From Octopus vulgaris (lineage: Eukaryota): 64,000 nt of DNA. The DNA lies in assembly GCA_951406725.2 (NCBI GenBank), contig OX597816.1, forward strand, positions 26,040,001-26,104,000. The letters are read 5' to 3'. A program made the position numbers and the translations under genes. Of the stretch, positions 25,139 through 39,189 are shown piece after piece (position 1 is the first letter of the stretch; each line of letters starts with the position of its first letter). The notes under the pieces were generated by a model. That model searched no databases. It had not been told where the DNA came from and saw only the letters and a list, made by a program, of their open reading frames with translations.

Positions 25139-25430
25139 GTGCACTTCACCATTGATCAATTAAAGCTCCTGCCACTCCCCTACTCGCCGTTTCTTAATTG
25201 TACGGAAATGGTGCACTCTGTCGTTAAGGAGACTCGCAAGCGGGACCTCGCTCGAGGTGAGTTGCAAGAAAGGTTTGTTGACCGGGCATCTGCAGAAGAA
25301 TCTGGCATGACCGTGGAAGGATAGCGAGCACATATAATTCAAAATGTCGCAAGGCGTAACGTCGACGCTATCACTCCCGAAAATTGTGTTCGTTGGTATA
25401 GACACGTCTAACCCTACCTCCCGACATGCT
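25139..25430 (+). pseudogene. IS630/Tc1/mariner-superfamily transposase remnant
   Basis: LLPLPYSPFLNCTEMVHSVVK resembles the LPxYSPxLNPIE motif around the third catalytic residue. Confidence 0.6.
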
Positions 25431-26085
25431 TCGACCGCCAGGAAATAGTTGGCTAAATCCGCTCAAGCGATTTCTCCTTATCAAGGCAGTAAATCAATAA
25501 TTATCTTAGTGTACATAGCAGCCTTTCCCTGATGAAAGAAAAGGTTTAACATCAAAGAAATATATACTTTTCCCATCAAAAGAAAATGAGCATTTGTTAT
25601 AAATGTGAGTTTCTTTGAAAAGATTGAAAAGGCTGGAATGCGATTTCATGACGTCTTTAACAATAAATACATGTACCTTTACAAAAAATAAAAGAATACA
25701 TAGAAAAGAAATGGGTTCTATAGATTGATTAAAGCATAAAGAATGGATGAAAACATATGGTTATGATAACGATGATCATGAGATAAAACCAAAACAGCTA
25801 TCGTGCTAATTTGTTTGCTCCAAGTGTTAAATAGATTGCTCCGAAACGAATTTGAATACTCGAAGAGACGCTTCCTAGCATTCCGACTAATTTGAATGCT
25901 CTCGAGAGAGGCATTTTAATTTGAATGATGTAAATGCTAAATTCATTGAGCGAAGTATGCAATAGAATGATCGGAAAACGAATTTGGTTGACTAACTTCA
26001 TGGCGCTAAATTTTTTCATGACTTTGAATGACTTGATTATCAACATGAATGACAAGTGTACGAATATGACTGCACAAACCTATTT

Positions 26086-26471
26086 TGGAAGCACTCCGTC
26101 GGTTACGACGACGAGGGTTCCGGTTGATCCGAATCAACGGAACAGCCTGCTCGTGAAATTAACGTGTAAGTGGCTGAGCACTCCACAGACACGTGTACCC
26201 TTAACGTAGTTCTCGGGGATATTCATCGTGAAACAGAGAGTGACAAGGCCGGCCCTTTGAAATACAAGGTACAACAGAAACAGGAAGTAAGAGTGAGAGA
26301 AAGTTGTGGTGAAAAAGTACAGCAGGGATCACCACCATCCCCTGCCGGAGCCTCGTGGAGCTTTTAGGTGTTTTCGCTCAATAAACACTCACAACGCCCG
26401 GTCTGGGAATCGAAACCGCGATCCTATGACCGCGAGACCGCTGCCCTAACCACTGGGCCATTGCGCCTCCA
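26086..26471 (-). mobile_element. Chimeric SINE: type C head and body with type D tail
   Basis: Same architecture at 56884-57246. Confidence 0.85.
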
Positions 26472-26574
26472 CACAAACCTATAATAAAATGTACGAATGT
26501 ATTTTGTTGTATATCTAAAATGTTTCGTTAAGAAATTCTATTGTGACATAGCGTCATACAAATAGGCATATATA

Positions 26575-26867
26575 CAAATGGGATGCTGAAAAGTTGCTGG
26601 ATCTGGATAAAAGAAGATACAGGAGGATGAGATAATTATCATTTTACTCTTTTACTTCTTTCAGCCATTTGACTGTGGCCATGCTGGAGCACCGCCTTTA
26701 GTCGAGCAAATCGACCTCGGGACTTATTCTTTGTAAGCCTAGTACTTATGCTATCGGATCTTTTTTGCCGAACCGCTACGTTATGGTGACGCAAACGCAC
26801 CACCATCGGTTATCTGGTTGTCAAGCGATGTTAGGGTGACAAACACACACACACACACACACACGCA

Positions 26868-26935
<68 letters not shown>

Positions 26936-26940
26936 CACAC

Positions 26941-26977
<37 letters not shown>

Positions 26978-27297
26978 TACGAGAGACTTCTTTCAGTTTT
27001 CGTCGACCAAATCCACTCACAAGGCTTTGGCTGGCCCGAGGCTATAGTAGAAGACACTTACCCAAGGTGCTACGCAGTGGGACTGAACCCGGAACTATGT
27101 AGTTCGAAAGCAAGCTACCTACCACACAGCCACTCCTACGCCTATATTCATAATTATCTTACTGAACATATTACACACTCTTATTCACACACTTATTGCA
27201 GTGGTCCTTCAGTTTTTCTAAGCTCTGTAAAAGAACTCGGAAGTTTCGGCCTCTAGCCAGGCCTTTCGCAACACCCTTAAAGCCAGAAACTCTCTTA
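26575..27297. mobile_element. Mariner-derived MITE interrupted by a SINE B (26643-27146, minus strand)
   Basis: The two halves match the MITE at 38659-38875. Confidence 0.72.
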
Positions 27298-27640
27298 GAC
27301 ATGCAAAATTTAGAAGATTATGCAATATGTTACATTTAATACATTAAATCTTCAGGTGTTGTTGTAATTAGAATAGTTAAATAAACCTTTCTACAGTAGT
27401 CAAAAGATCTGAAATGTGGGGGAGGGGACTAATCAATTACATCAACCAAAGTGTTTCACTGGTACTTAATTTATCGACCCCGAAAGGACGAAAGACAATG
27501 TCGATCCCGGCGGAACTTGAACTTAGAATAGTTAAAAAATGTTAAACTTCTGTCTCAACATACTAGCATGCCATTATTAATGTTTCAATGTGGTATAACT
27601 TGAAGATCTGAAAGCTTCAGTGTAAAGTATTCTATAAAGG

Positions 27641-27885
27641 GGAGGCACATGGCCTAGTGGTTAGAGCAGCGGACTTGCGGTCGAGAATCGCTAGCACGCC
27701 GGGCGAAATACTTAGCGACATTTCGTTCACCTTTACTTTCTGTGTTCAAATTCCGCCGAGGTTGACTTTGCCTTTCATCCTTTCGGGTTAATAAATTAAG
27801 TACCAATTGCTTACTGGGATCGATTTAATCGACTGACTCTTGCCCCACAAAATTTCGGGCATTATGCCTAGAGTATAAAAGAATA
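27641..27885 (+). mobile_element. SINE C/E head fused to a type A body with alternative tail
   Basis: GGAGGCACATGGCCTAGTGG...GGTCGAGAATCG followed by CTAGCACGCCGGGCGAAAT... Confidence 0.7.
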
Positions 27886-28267
27886 TTGCTTGTCTGTACA
27901 TGCCTACTTCTATGATTTTGCGTCACAATATAATTTCTTAATGAAACATTTGTAGATACGCCATGAGAGCTTGATACACGAGTAAGGATGCATTTATCTA
28001 TATAAAATAAAAGATATTCTTGATAACAACCCGGATTTCCCCCATAAAGCTGACAGAAGGAACATAACATAATAACCTCGTAGTAGCTGTGGGACATCGA
28101 CCTTAAAACGCATGCGCTTTCTTCCTTCCTCCCTTCCTTCCGTCTGTCTTTGTCTCTCTCTTTCTCTCTGTCTCTAAACTCTCTTTCTTTACATATATGC
28201 GTGTGTATTTGCCCGCGTATTTGTGTCATTATGTTTTTATTTGTTTCCACCTTCATTTCTAATTTTG

Positions 28268-28283
28268 TATATGTATGTATATG

Positions 28284-28317
<34 letters not shown>

Positions 28318-28580
28318 TGTATGTATGTATGTATGTATGTATGTATGTGTATGCATGTATATGTATGTGTGTATGTATGTATGTATATGTATTGTATATG
28401 TATATGTATGTATGTATATGTATGTATATGTATGTATGTATGTATGTATATGTATGTGTATGTATGTATATGTATGTATATGTATGTATGTATGTATGTA
28501 TGTGTATGTATGTATGTATATGTATATATATGTATGTATATGTATGTATGTATATGTATGTATATGTATGTGTATGTATG

Positions 28581-28612
<32 letters not shown>

Positions 28613-28636
28613 TGTATGTATGTATGTATGTATGTA
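28268..28636. repeat. (TATG)n-rich microsatellite
   Basis: Direct reading. Confidence 0.95.
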
Positions 28637-29619
28637 CATAAATGTGCGTGTCTGTGTGTGTGTAGTATCATATTCTCTGGAAAATATAAAACATAAAATA
28701 TCTGAAAAAACCCAAAACATAAGCAAAAACACTTACATCATGCACACACATAAACACAGTCATACACAAACACACGCACTTACAGACAAACACACACACA
28801 CATACATACACACATACACTAAATCTTCACCGATTTTTACATAACACGCCTACATGCCTCGGTTTTTTTTTTTTTTTTGGTCTTTTTTTTTCAGGAATCA
28901 GGCGATAATTCTTTTATTTCACGTTATATTTATTTATTTGTATTGTATTTTTTGTTTTACACTAGTTTATATTATTTTTTTTTTTCTATCCCTGCAAAGT
29001 ATACGGCATCTGCAATTATTTCTCTCTTAAAATACTAGACATCTAAAACTCACACGCACCTAGCATTCTGATGTTGATTTTAGCAGCACAATTTCGGCTA
29101 CTAACGTTGGCAGAAATTTGGGTGGAATAAGGATGTTAGCTGGAATTAGTGTGCCATTTAAATAGTGAAAATAGCACATGGCTGTTGTTGGAAAACTTAG
29201 AAAACACAGGATTCGTGTCATTAAAAAATAAAAATAATAGAAATTAAATAAATAAAGATTGCTATTCGCTTTCATTATTTATTCGACATCATATATTATC
29301 ACAGTGTAATTTTTTTCACGCACACTCGGACGCACACGTACATATATAGAAATGCACATAAGCGCATACACACATACACGCACAAATATATGTATGTGCG
29401 TGTGTTGTGTGCGCGCGTCTCTGTGTGTGTTTACGTGCGTGTATGTCTATGTATGTAAATATACAAACACACACTCACAAACACACACACACACACACAC
29501 ACATAAGTAAATATATATATTTGTATATTGATAGACAAATAAATATATACACATATATAAACATGCATATATATCTCTAGATATATATTTGCATATATTT
29601 CTATATCTGCATGTGTCTT

Positions 29620-29656
<37 letters not shown>

Positions 29657-29743
29657 ATATATATATATATATATATATATCTATCTAACTACCTACCTGT
29701 CTGTCTGTCTGCCTGTCTGTCTGTCTATCTATCTGTCTTTCTT

Positions 29744-29789
<46 letters not shown>

Positions 29790-29903
29790 CATCTATCTAT
29801 CTATCTATCTATCTATCTACCTGTCTGTCTGTCTGTCTATCTTATCTATCAACCCATTTCTGCCTCCTCTCTCTCCCCCTCTCCCTCTCCATATATATAT
29901 GAA

Positions 29904-29936
<33 letters not shown>

Positions 29937-29962
29937 ATAGGCAAATAATTCTCTCAAGAATC

Positions 29963-30039
<77 letters not shown>

Positions 30040-30227
30040 ATATTTTATTTTTTATTTTATTTTTTTTTTTGTTCTTTTCTTCCCTTTTACGATCCCTCTT
30101 GATCGAAAACCTACGCCACTCCTTTTTTTTTTTTCTTTTGTTTTTGTTTTTTTCATCCCCCAAAAGAAAAGCTCTACCTTGTAACTTGTCCCATCTGTGT
30201 ACAGCCCTGTGTGGCCAATAAAGAAAC
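30040..30227 (+). mobile_element. 3'-UTR-only copy of the Tx1/L1-like LINE, between (TC)n and (TA)n
   Basis: ...AAAAGCTCTACCTTGTAA...AGCCCTGTGTGGCCAATAAAGAAAC. Confidence 0.8.
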
Positions 30228-30230
30228 TTA

Positions 30231-30285
<55 letters not shown>

Positions 30286-30422
30286 CACACACACACATAC
30301 ATATATGAACACGCACACACACACACACAAAACTATTCACATTGTTATGCCTGTCCGTGTATATGTGTGGAATGCTATATATATATAATTAATCGTCCAT
30401 TAATGTTTTATTGTTTTGACAG

Positions 30423-30461
30423 GTTTTTAGCGTTTTCAGCACCAACCTGCTACATGGATGA
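30423..30461 (+). CDS. Candidate terminal exon (VFSVFSTNLLHG*)
   Basis: Acceptor TTTTATTGTTTTGACAG; phase 0 matches the exon at 20099-20155; AATAAA at 30556-30561. Confidence 0.3.
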   Translation, partial: VFSVFSTNLLHG

Positions 30462-30567
30462 AATCTAAAGAAACGTGCAATCGCGGCCAGCTTCTCTTAC
30501 ATTTTATTTCCTTTATATTTAATGATACGACCGTTTATTTCTACCCGGTATTTCAAATAAAAGAAAT

Positions 30568-31367
30568 GGATCTTTTCAAATTTGTGGCCAGGACCCCAGA
30601 TCTTTCTAGTTAACTAAATAATTTGAAACTTTGTGTACTCATAGAGTGGAACTAGTTTATTCGCCAGTTGGAACAAGTAATTTTTTTACTTTACCATATT
30701 TTTATAAATTAATATATATATATATATATATATATAATTTTTTACTCGGTGTATGTGTATATGTATGTCTGCATGTGTGTGTGTATGTGTGTGTGTGTGT
30801 GTGTGTGTAAGTATGTGTAAAAAATTACATTGAATCGGCCATACATACATACATACATACACATACACAGATACATACACACATACATTCAGGCATATAC
30901 ACATACACCGAGTAAAAAATTTCAGTTATCTCTCTCTTTCACACATTACTCTCTCTGTCTCTTCACACACACTAACAGAAGCACTTCACTTACACAACAT
31001 ACTGTCTCCCACACCCCATCAAACACACACACACACACACATGTACATCAATGCTTTCCCTAGACGGTAACTTCAAAGACAAACTTTTGTTATTAGAAGG
31101 TGGCTGACTATAGCTTGTTTACATTGTTTAATACGTCACGAAATTGGTGGTCGAGACGGAGTAAATAAAATAAAGCCGAATGACGGAATATCATTGGTTA
31201 AAATTCTAATTATTAAACAACGTTAAACTTAGAAGTTACAATTCCGTTTTCATTCTGGTTTACAATTAAGTTTACTTTTGACACATTCTACCAGTATACG
31301 AAGTTTCAAATTGTTTGGTTCAGTAGGAAAAAATTGAAAAAACTGGCTTCAGAATAGAAAAGATCCA
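30568..31367. mobile_element. Degenerate inverted repeats (old MITE or two inverted copies)
   Basis: GGATCTTTTC...AATTTGAAACTT.GT.TACT at left versus AGTATACGAAGTTTCAAATT...GAAAAGATCC at right. Confidence 0.5.
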
Positions 31368-31439
31368 AAGAAATTGTTACAGTGTTTCGTGGACAATTTT
31401 CTGTTCATTGACGTTATCATCATTATCATCACCATCACC

Positions 31440-31855
31440 TATTTCTTTACTACCCATAAGGGGCTAAACACAGAGAGGACAAACAAGGGCAGACAAACGG
31501 ATTAAGTCGATTATATCGACCCCAGTGCGTAACTGGTACTTAATTTATCGACCCGGAAAGGATGAATGGCAAAGTCGACCATGGCAGAATTTGAACTCAG
31601 AACGTAGAAACGGAAGAAATACCTATTTCTTTATTACCCACAAGGGGCTAAACACAGAGAGGACAAACAAAGACAGACATAGGTATTAAGTCGATTATAT
31701 CGACCCCAGTGCGTAACTGGTACTTAATTTATCGACCCCGAAAGGATGAAAGGCAAAGTCGACCTCGGCGGAATTTGAACTCAGAACGTAGCAGCAGACG
31801 AAATACCGCTAAGCATTTCGCCCGGCGTGCTAACGTTTCTGCCAGCTCGCCGCCT
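31440..31855 (-). mobile_element. SINE type A dimer
   Basis: Junction GAAATACCTATTTC at ~31616. Confidence 0.88.
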
Positions 31856-32269
31856 TTTTATCATCAGCATCACCGTCGCCCTCGTCGTCGTCGTCGTCGC
31901 TGTCGCCATCGTTATAATTATAGTTCTCGTGTTTGTTGCTGTTGCCATCATCATCCTCAACATCACTATCCCAGATATAGTCGTTGACGTTGCCGCTGTC
32001 CTCATCATAGTCGTCGCCATTGTGCTCTTCTCCTCTCGTCCTCCTTCTCTCCCCATCTCGCGTCCGCCTTTCATTGTCCTTCTCTTCCTCCTCCTCATCA
32101 TCACCATCATAATCATCATTATGATATTTTGTTTCTTTAAATGTCATTTAATTTATTTCTTATTTGCTTTTTGTTTCTTTTCCCTTTTTGATGGCTTCCT
32201 TTAATCATAGAGCCTTCGCTGCTGCCCTTATAATCTTCCCCATCTCATCACCCTTGTTGCACAATTTTT

Positions 32270-32632
32270 CCAACAGCGTTGTGGAACGGTTAACGGAGGG
32301 ACCGGTTGAACTTCTTGTGGCCTGGTCCAGAACTCCAGATGAAGATATGGGATGAAGTAGCGAGCAGCGTGGTCAATATCACCCAGAAATGGGCTGAGAG
32401 AAAACTGTCCCTGAAAGGTCGAGCACAGGTGGCGATTGCGTACATCGCATCCGTCATCTACTACCGCCTCACCATCGTGCCCTGTCCCGGTTTGAGTCTG
32501 ACCAGACTGGGACGCCTACTCTTCAGTGTTCCACTTTTCAGGCACTTAATTTGCTGTCAACACCTGCTAAATAGAGGGCTTAGTATGCACAAACATGCGC
32601 TGAGGCTGCGATATCTCCTGCATTTCCTAGAA
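32270..32632 (+). pseudogene. Older, decayed fragment of the same Tx1/L1-like ORF2
   Basis: WAERKLSLKGRAQVAIAYIASVIYYRLTIVPCP is homologous to the ORF at 12754-14148; contains deletions and a frameshift. Confidence 0.85.
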
Positions 32633-33192
<560 letters not shown>

Positions 33193-33499
33193 CCGCTTCG
33201 TTGTCGTCGTCGTTGTAGTTGTTGTTGTTATAGACTTGCAAGAGCAAAATTTTAGGAGAAACTATTTACTTCCATTAGATACAAGCTGCTTCGGTATTTT
33301 TTTAATGCAGTCGTAAAATATTTAGCGACTGAGTAGAATGAAACATTTTTTTTTTAATGTGATATCCCGCTCTTCTATGGGAAAATCATTTGAATATTGT
33401 CGTTTAGAAGCAGAGTAAACACGGAGGTTTATATGTTGTAGCATATACATACGTCGTAGTAGGACGATACTATTAAATTGTTAGGCTGGGACCCGTTTC

Positions 33500-33830
33500 T
33501 GTCTTAGGAGGGTAAATACAGTAATAAACAATCAAAGTAGAAGAACCTCATTTACTGGCAGAAGAAACATTACCATTAGCTTCACATCATCACATGTTGT
33601 TCTACATGGACGAAACAAGCAGCATAAATATGAGAGACTGTGGGGATCAGAATGAAGGACAAGTTCTGAAGGAATAGGCTTCATATTTGACCTTTCTACT
33701 ACAGGAATAATAAATTCTAAATATCCAGTTTCATGTACAACAACCTTGAATATTCTTACTGCAACATCCTTAAAGCTTAAGTTCCAGTCAAACTCCAGAG
33801 ATATATCTAAAAAAATCATAGCGGTCTACT
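33500..33830 (+). pseudogene. Possible decayed LINE AP-endonuclease fragment
   Basis: GAAGGAATAGGCTTCATATTT (EGIGFIF) resembles the APE GVG motif; multiple stops. Confidence 0.3.
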
Positions 33831-34339
33831 CATTACAGAAGCATGACCATTGCTGACAGTACAGTGTTATGTATGTCCGTACAAAGGTTTTAAGTCGAGT
33901 GCGGCTTGCAAACACCATACCGCGTCTCATTTGCAATATCGATAATTCCAGAGACAAGCGAAGTGCAAGATATCTGGCTCAGTAGAGCAGCGGGTTTTAT
34001 GTACGAGTTAGCCTTCTCCTAGAAGGATGGCTTAACAAACACCACGGATCCCTCACTCTTATTCGGCTTACTGTGCTTTAGGACACCTACTCGAGTATTT
34101 CTACCTCCTGTTGATTATAAGCTAGTTAAACGATAGCTAGGAACCTGACAGGTTCGACTACATCGAACCTTAGTAGACCTGAGAACAATAACGGCCAAGA
34201 GATGGTTCCACACTCCTCAAGTCCGTAGAATTCCTGAACTGCAGCCCCACTATTAGACGCAAAACGTTATACAATACAAATATGTGAGCACCTATGTATA
34301 TGTATGTGGATGTACATATCTGTGTTGTAAATACGTATA

Positions 34340-34557
34340 CGTGGGGATTCTGAGAATTTCTTGGCTTTGGGTAAAAGGAAATCCAGGAGTATCAGGTCAT
34401 TATGATTTTATTCAGTATATTCCCCTCTCAGACTCACATACTTATTGCAGTGACTCTTCAGTTTTTGTAAACCCTCTAAAAGAACGCCGAAAGTTAGACC
34501 TCTAATCAGGCCTATTTGCGATAACATTAAAGCCAAAACCCTTTCAGCCCCCATTCA
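34340..34557. mobile_element. Mariner-derived MITE
   Basis: Homologous to 38659-38875; TA at both flanks. Confidence 0.72.
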
Positions 34558-34563
34558 TATGAA

Positions 34564-34627
<64 letters not shown>

Positions 34628-34904
34628 GTACGAATAAAAGAGATCCGTGACTTAGTGGCTTAAAATTTAAGGTGACGCAATCATTATCGAAAGACTGTGG
34701 TTTCGATTCCGGGACCGGACGGCGCCTTGTGTTCTTGAGTAAAACAATGCAATTCATATTGCTCCTGACCATCTAGTTGGCAACCATGAGTAATCCTGCG
34801 ACGGACCGGCGTCATCTCCAGGATGGGGAATACATACGTAACAAGAACCTGGAAACTGACCTCGTGAGTCTATATGACACCGGAAGGATCTTTATCTTTA
34901 TCTT

Positions 34905-34990
<86 letters not shown>

Positions 34991-35457
34991 AAGAGAGAGA
35001 ATCAGCATGACACAAAATGTAAGAAGGCTGGACAATGGAAAATGTTCAAAGTAGTAGAAATCCTCTGTTGGCTGCTACACAATTTCATTCAAGTCTTTGG
35101 GTGATTCGAGGCCAAATTCCAAAAGACAAGATACTACGTAGTAGGAGAGAACCTGCGTATTCTTACTTGGCAAGAGAACCGCTTAACCATTCAGCCATGC
35201 TTGGAAGCTAGGTACATATATACGTGTGTGTATATATACATATATATATAGACACACACATGCTTACATATAAACATGGTGTATACACACACATACACAC
35301 AAGCACATATACTATGTGTGTAAAATTGTATAATTTTGTTATATTTCTTCTAATACACACGAATATACATTCACTTGTATTTACATGTAAGCCTACATAT
35401 GTGCGTGTATATATATATATGTGTGTGTATGTGTGTGTGTAAACCTACATATGTGCG

Positions 35458-35507
<50 letters not shown>

Positions 35508-35657
35508 CATATAATATATACACACGCATCTCAAAAAAGTACATATGTATGTATTTATACATACATATATATATATATATATATAACAACATATATGTAT
35601 GCGGTGTAGTTTGTATGTGTATGTATGTTTATATACATATACGTACATTTGTGTGTA

Positions 35658-35690
<33 letters not shown>

Positions 35691-36357
35691 TTGTGTGTGT
35701 GTGTGTGTGTGTGTGCGTGTGTGTGACGTGTAGACTTTCCCTGCCATATTCTCCACTCAACATGTTTCTAATATGTTGGAGTTTCTTTTCTGTTTTTTTT
35801 TCACTGCTCTGACAGTTGCCTCCCACCCCTTCCCCAGACACTTGTTACCTCCTCTGTCTCTTCCTCATTTCCTCCTTCCCTTCTTCTCCTCTCCTCCCCT
35901 CACTAATCCCAGTTTATTTACCCTTGAGCGCCAGTTAACATTTCTCCTTTCTCCGTCAAATTTTTCTCATACTCGAAACGTTAGACTTATCTTCCTCAGC
36001 ATAAAATTCATTCTCCAGTGTGAATTACTCGTATTATTTTCTGCCGACGCAAAACTCTCTCATCTCTTTCTGTTTCTCTCTCTCTCTCTGTCTCTCTCTT
36101 TCTCTCTGCCTCTCTCTTCCTCTCCCCCTCTCTCTCTCTCTCTCTCTCTCTCCATTTCCCTATCTGTATTTCTCTCCTGAGCCTACTGGTTTAATAACTA
36201 ACTTTCAGTTTAAATTGTAAGTAACGTTATGTTAAGTCCAAAATTATATGGTTCCGGGGTCTGTCCCACAGCGTGGCACCTTGGGCAAGTGTCTTCTACT
36301 TGGCTGGCCAAAGCCTTTTCAGTGGATTTGGTTAACGGAAACTGGAAGAAGCCCGTC

Positions 36358-36445
<88 letters not shown>

Positions 36446-37445
36446 GTGTGTGTGCGTGTGTGTTTGTGTGTGTGTGGGTGTGTTTCTATTTGTGTGTCTG
36501 TGTTAGTCCCACCATCTGAGTTCATTCTGAGTTCAAATTCCGACGAGGTCTACTTCACCTTTCATCCAATCTAAGTCGATGAAATAAATTCCACTTCAGT
36601 AATTTGTTGTTTGTTCCTTCTCGGGCCATGTCTGCTTCATAAGGGCTGGCTTCCCGGTTTTATTTGCGTATAGAATCCCCACATGGACGGGACGCCTGTC
36701 TGTCGCAGGTGAGCAGCTAGATGCAGGAGGAAAGAGTGAGAAAAAGTTGTAGCGAAAGAGTCAGCAGAAGTTCGCCATTAGCTTCTTCGGCAATCGCGTG
36801 GAGCTTAGGTGTTTCGCTCATAAATACACACATCGCCCGGTCTGAGATTCGAACACGCGATCCCTCGACCGCGAGTCCGCTGCTCTAACCACTAAGCCAT
36901 GTTCCTCGACTACTTGAGTATTTGGGTTAACGTAATCGACTTACCCCTCTTCTAAAATTGCTGTCCTTGTTCCAAAATTTGAAATTATTTAATTGTGCTT
37001 TTAAGACTTTAAGCTGGCAGAGTCGATAGTATGACGGGAAAATGCTTTCTGTCATTCCTTCCCATGCATTACATACTGAGTTCAAACTCCGTCAAGGCCT
37101 TCACTTTTCATCTTTTCAGGGTAGATATAATATGTACCTGGTGACCGCAGAAGTCCTTATAACTGACTTCCGGCTACCCCCAAAATTGTTGGTCTTGCGC
37201 CAAAATTAGAAAGAATTTGTTTATTTATTTATTTTTTTTCAAGACTAGATGTAAAGCAATTCATAAGCTTTTGAAATTTATACAATTCAAGCTACATTCG
37301 GACATTAAACTACAAAAGCTGTCTTACTTTACCCAAAGGAATTATAATGTTTCTCTAAAAGATTGTCTTCTTCAACAGAATAGATGTTAATTATAATTCA
37401 TGAAGTCAACTAGAGATAAGGTAAGTCAATAATTCTTTTATTCTA

Positions 37446-37727
37446 AGGCGGCGAGCTGGCAGAAACGTTAGTACGCCGGGCGAAATACTTAGAGGATTTT
37501 CATCTGTCTCTATGTTCTGAGTTCAAATTCCGCCGAGGTCGACTTTGCCTTTCATCCTTTCGGGTTCGATTAAACAAGTACCAGTTACGCACTGGGGTCG
37601 ATATAATCGACTTAATCCGTTTGTCTGTCCTTGTTTGTCCTCTCTGTGTGTAGCCCCTTGGGGGTAGTAAAGAAAGAGGCATTTTGTCTGTCTTTATGTT
37701 CTGAGTTCAAATTCTGCCGAGGTCGAC
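37446..37727 (+). mobile_element. SINE type A, monomer plus partial second unit
   Basis: Full head GGCGGCGAGCTGGCAG; junction at ~37675. Confidence 0.85.
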
Positions 37728-37798
37728 CCCTAACCATGTGTTTGGGAAACAATCTTCTTATCTCACAGCCACGCCTTCGCTTATGAGTGTGTGTGCAT

Positions 37799-37846
<48 letters not shown>

Positions 37847-38658
37847 CGCGCTTCTTTCAGTAGAAGACACTTGCCCAAGCTGTCACACAGTAGAGCTAAA
37901 CCCATAATTTCTCATATACGTTTGTGAGTGTGTCTGTGCATTTGTATATATCCATAAGTGTTTATATACATAAATTGATAGATATGTATACACACACATA
38001 CATACGTGTGTGTATGTGTATTCGTAGATATTTATCTATCTATCTTTCTATCTACCAGTCTACCTATCTTCTATATATTTATGCATAAATTCACAACCAC
38101 ACACAAACACGTGTATATATCCGTATACATATATGTGTCTATGTGTTATGTTGCCTGTGTGTGAGTGTGTGTTTGTGTAGCTGAAAAATTACAATGAATT
38201 AAGGCACGAGAAATCTATAGTATTCTTAGCCTGTATATCAACGAATAAATATTCCATCTTGTAATATATTAAAAGCGTCAAACCAAAGCATGCGACACGC
38301 AAAGCCAAAAAAAAAAAAAAAAGAAAGCACGAGAAACTCAAGCACGTGACAACTCAAACGTCTTTATTGTGACCCAACACTGTCCTCCATTTTGTTCTTT
38401 CCTGGAAGTTCTTTCCCTTGCCTCCTTTATTGTCGTACTATCTTGTTTGTAGTTGGATTAGAAACTTTTGTTTAAGTTGAACAGAAATATGTCGACGATC
38501 GTCTAGTTTGCCTCGTACACGTAGCGTCGACCTAGTTCTACAGACAACAAAAAGAAGTTGTTTTTAAATCAATAGTACATCATCTGAAATGGTATTCACC
38601 TTTTAGTTTTTGATAGGGTAAAATTATAAATACCTCTGCGGTCACTGTACCGTACATA

Positions 38659-38875
38659 CGAGGGGGTGCTGAAAATTCCCTGTCTTTGGGTAAAAGAAAA
38701 TACAGGAGGATAAGTTAGTTGTGATTTTATTCAGCAGATTCCACTCTCGGATACACACACTTATTTTAGCGGTCATTCAGTCTTTCTGAACCCTGTAAAA
38801 GAATTCGGAAAGGTGGGCTTTCAAGCAGGCCTTTGCGATACCCTTAAAGCCAGGAACTATTTTTAGCAGCCCCTT
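38659..38875. mobile_element. Mariner-derived MITE (~215 bp)
   Basis: Imperfect TIRs CGAGGGGGTGCTGAAAA / TTTTAGCAGCCCCTT; the minus-strand interior resembles a mariner transposase C-terminus (KCVxxxGEYVE-like); further copy at 39792-39992. Confidence 0.75.
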
Positions 38876-38887
38876 ACACACACACAT

Positions 38888-38939
<52 letters not shown>

Positions 38940-39155
38940 AGACACACACACTCACATACACGCACATGAGGATCAGTTAATTATAATTTTATTAAACTTA
39001 TTCTCCTATCAGATTCATTCATTTATTGCACCGGCCCTTCAGTTTTCCGAAGACATATATACATGCATACATACATGCATACACACACACATACATACAT
39101 ACATACGTACATAAATACATACACATATACATACATACATACATACATACATACA

Positions 39156-39189
<34 letters not shown>

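Noticed and set aside
31709-31987. Recurrent [27 protein letters not shown] ORFs suggesting a peptide family
   Set aside because: Antisense translation of SINE type A with a GTG start; frames are not conserved beyond the repeat.
33532-33819. 95-aa minus-strand ORF
   Set aside because: No recognisable motif; the opposite strand looks more like a decayed LINE endonuclease.
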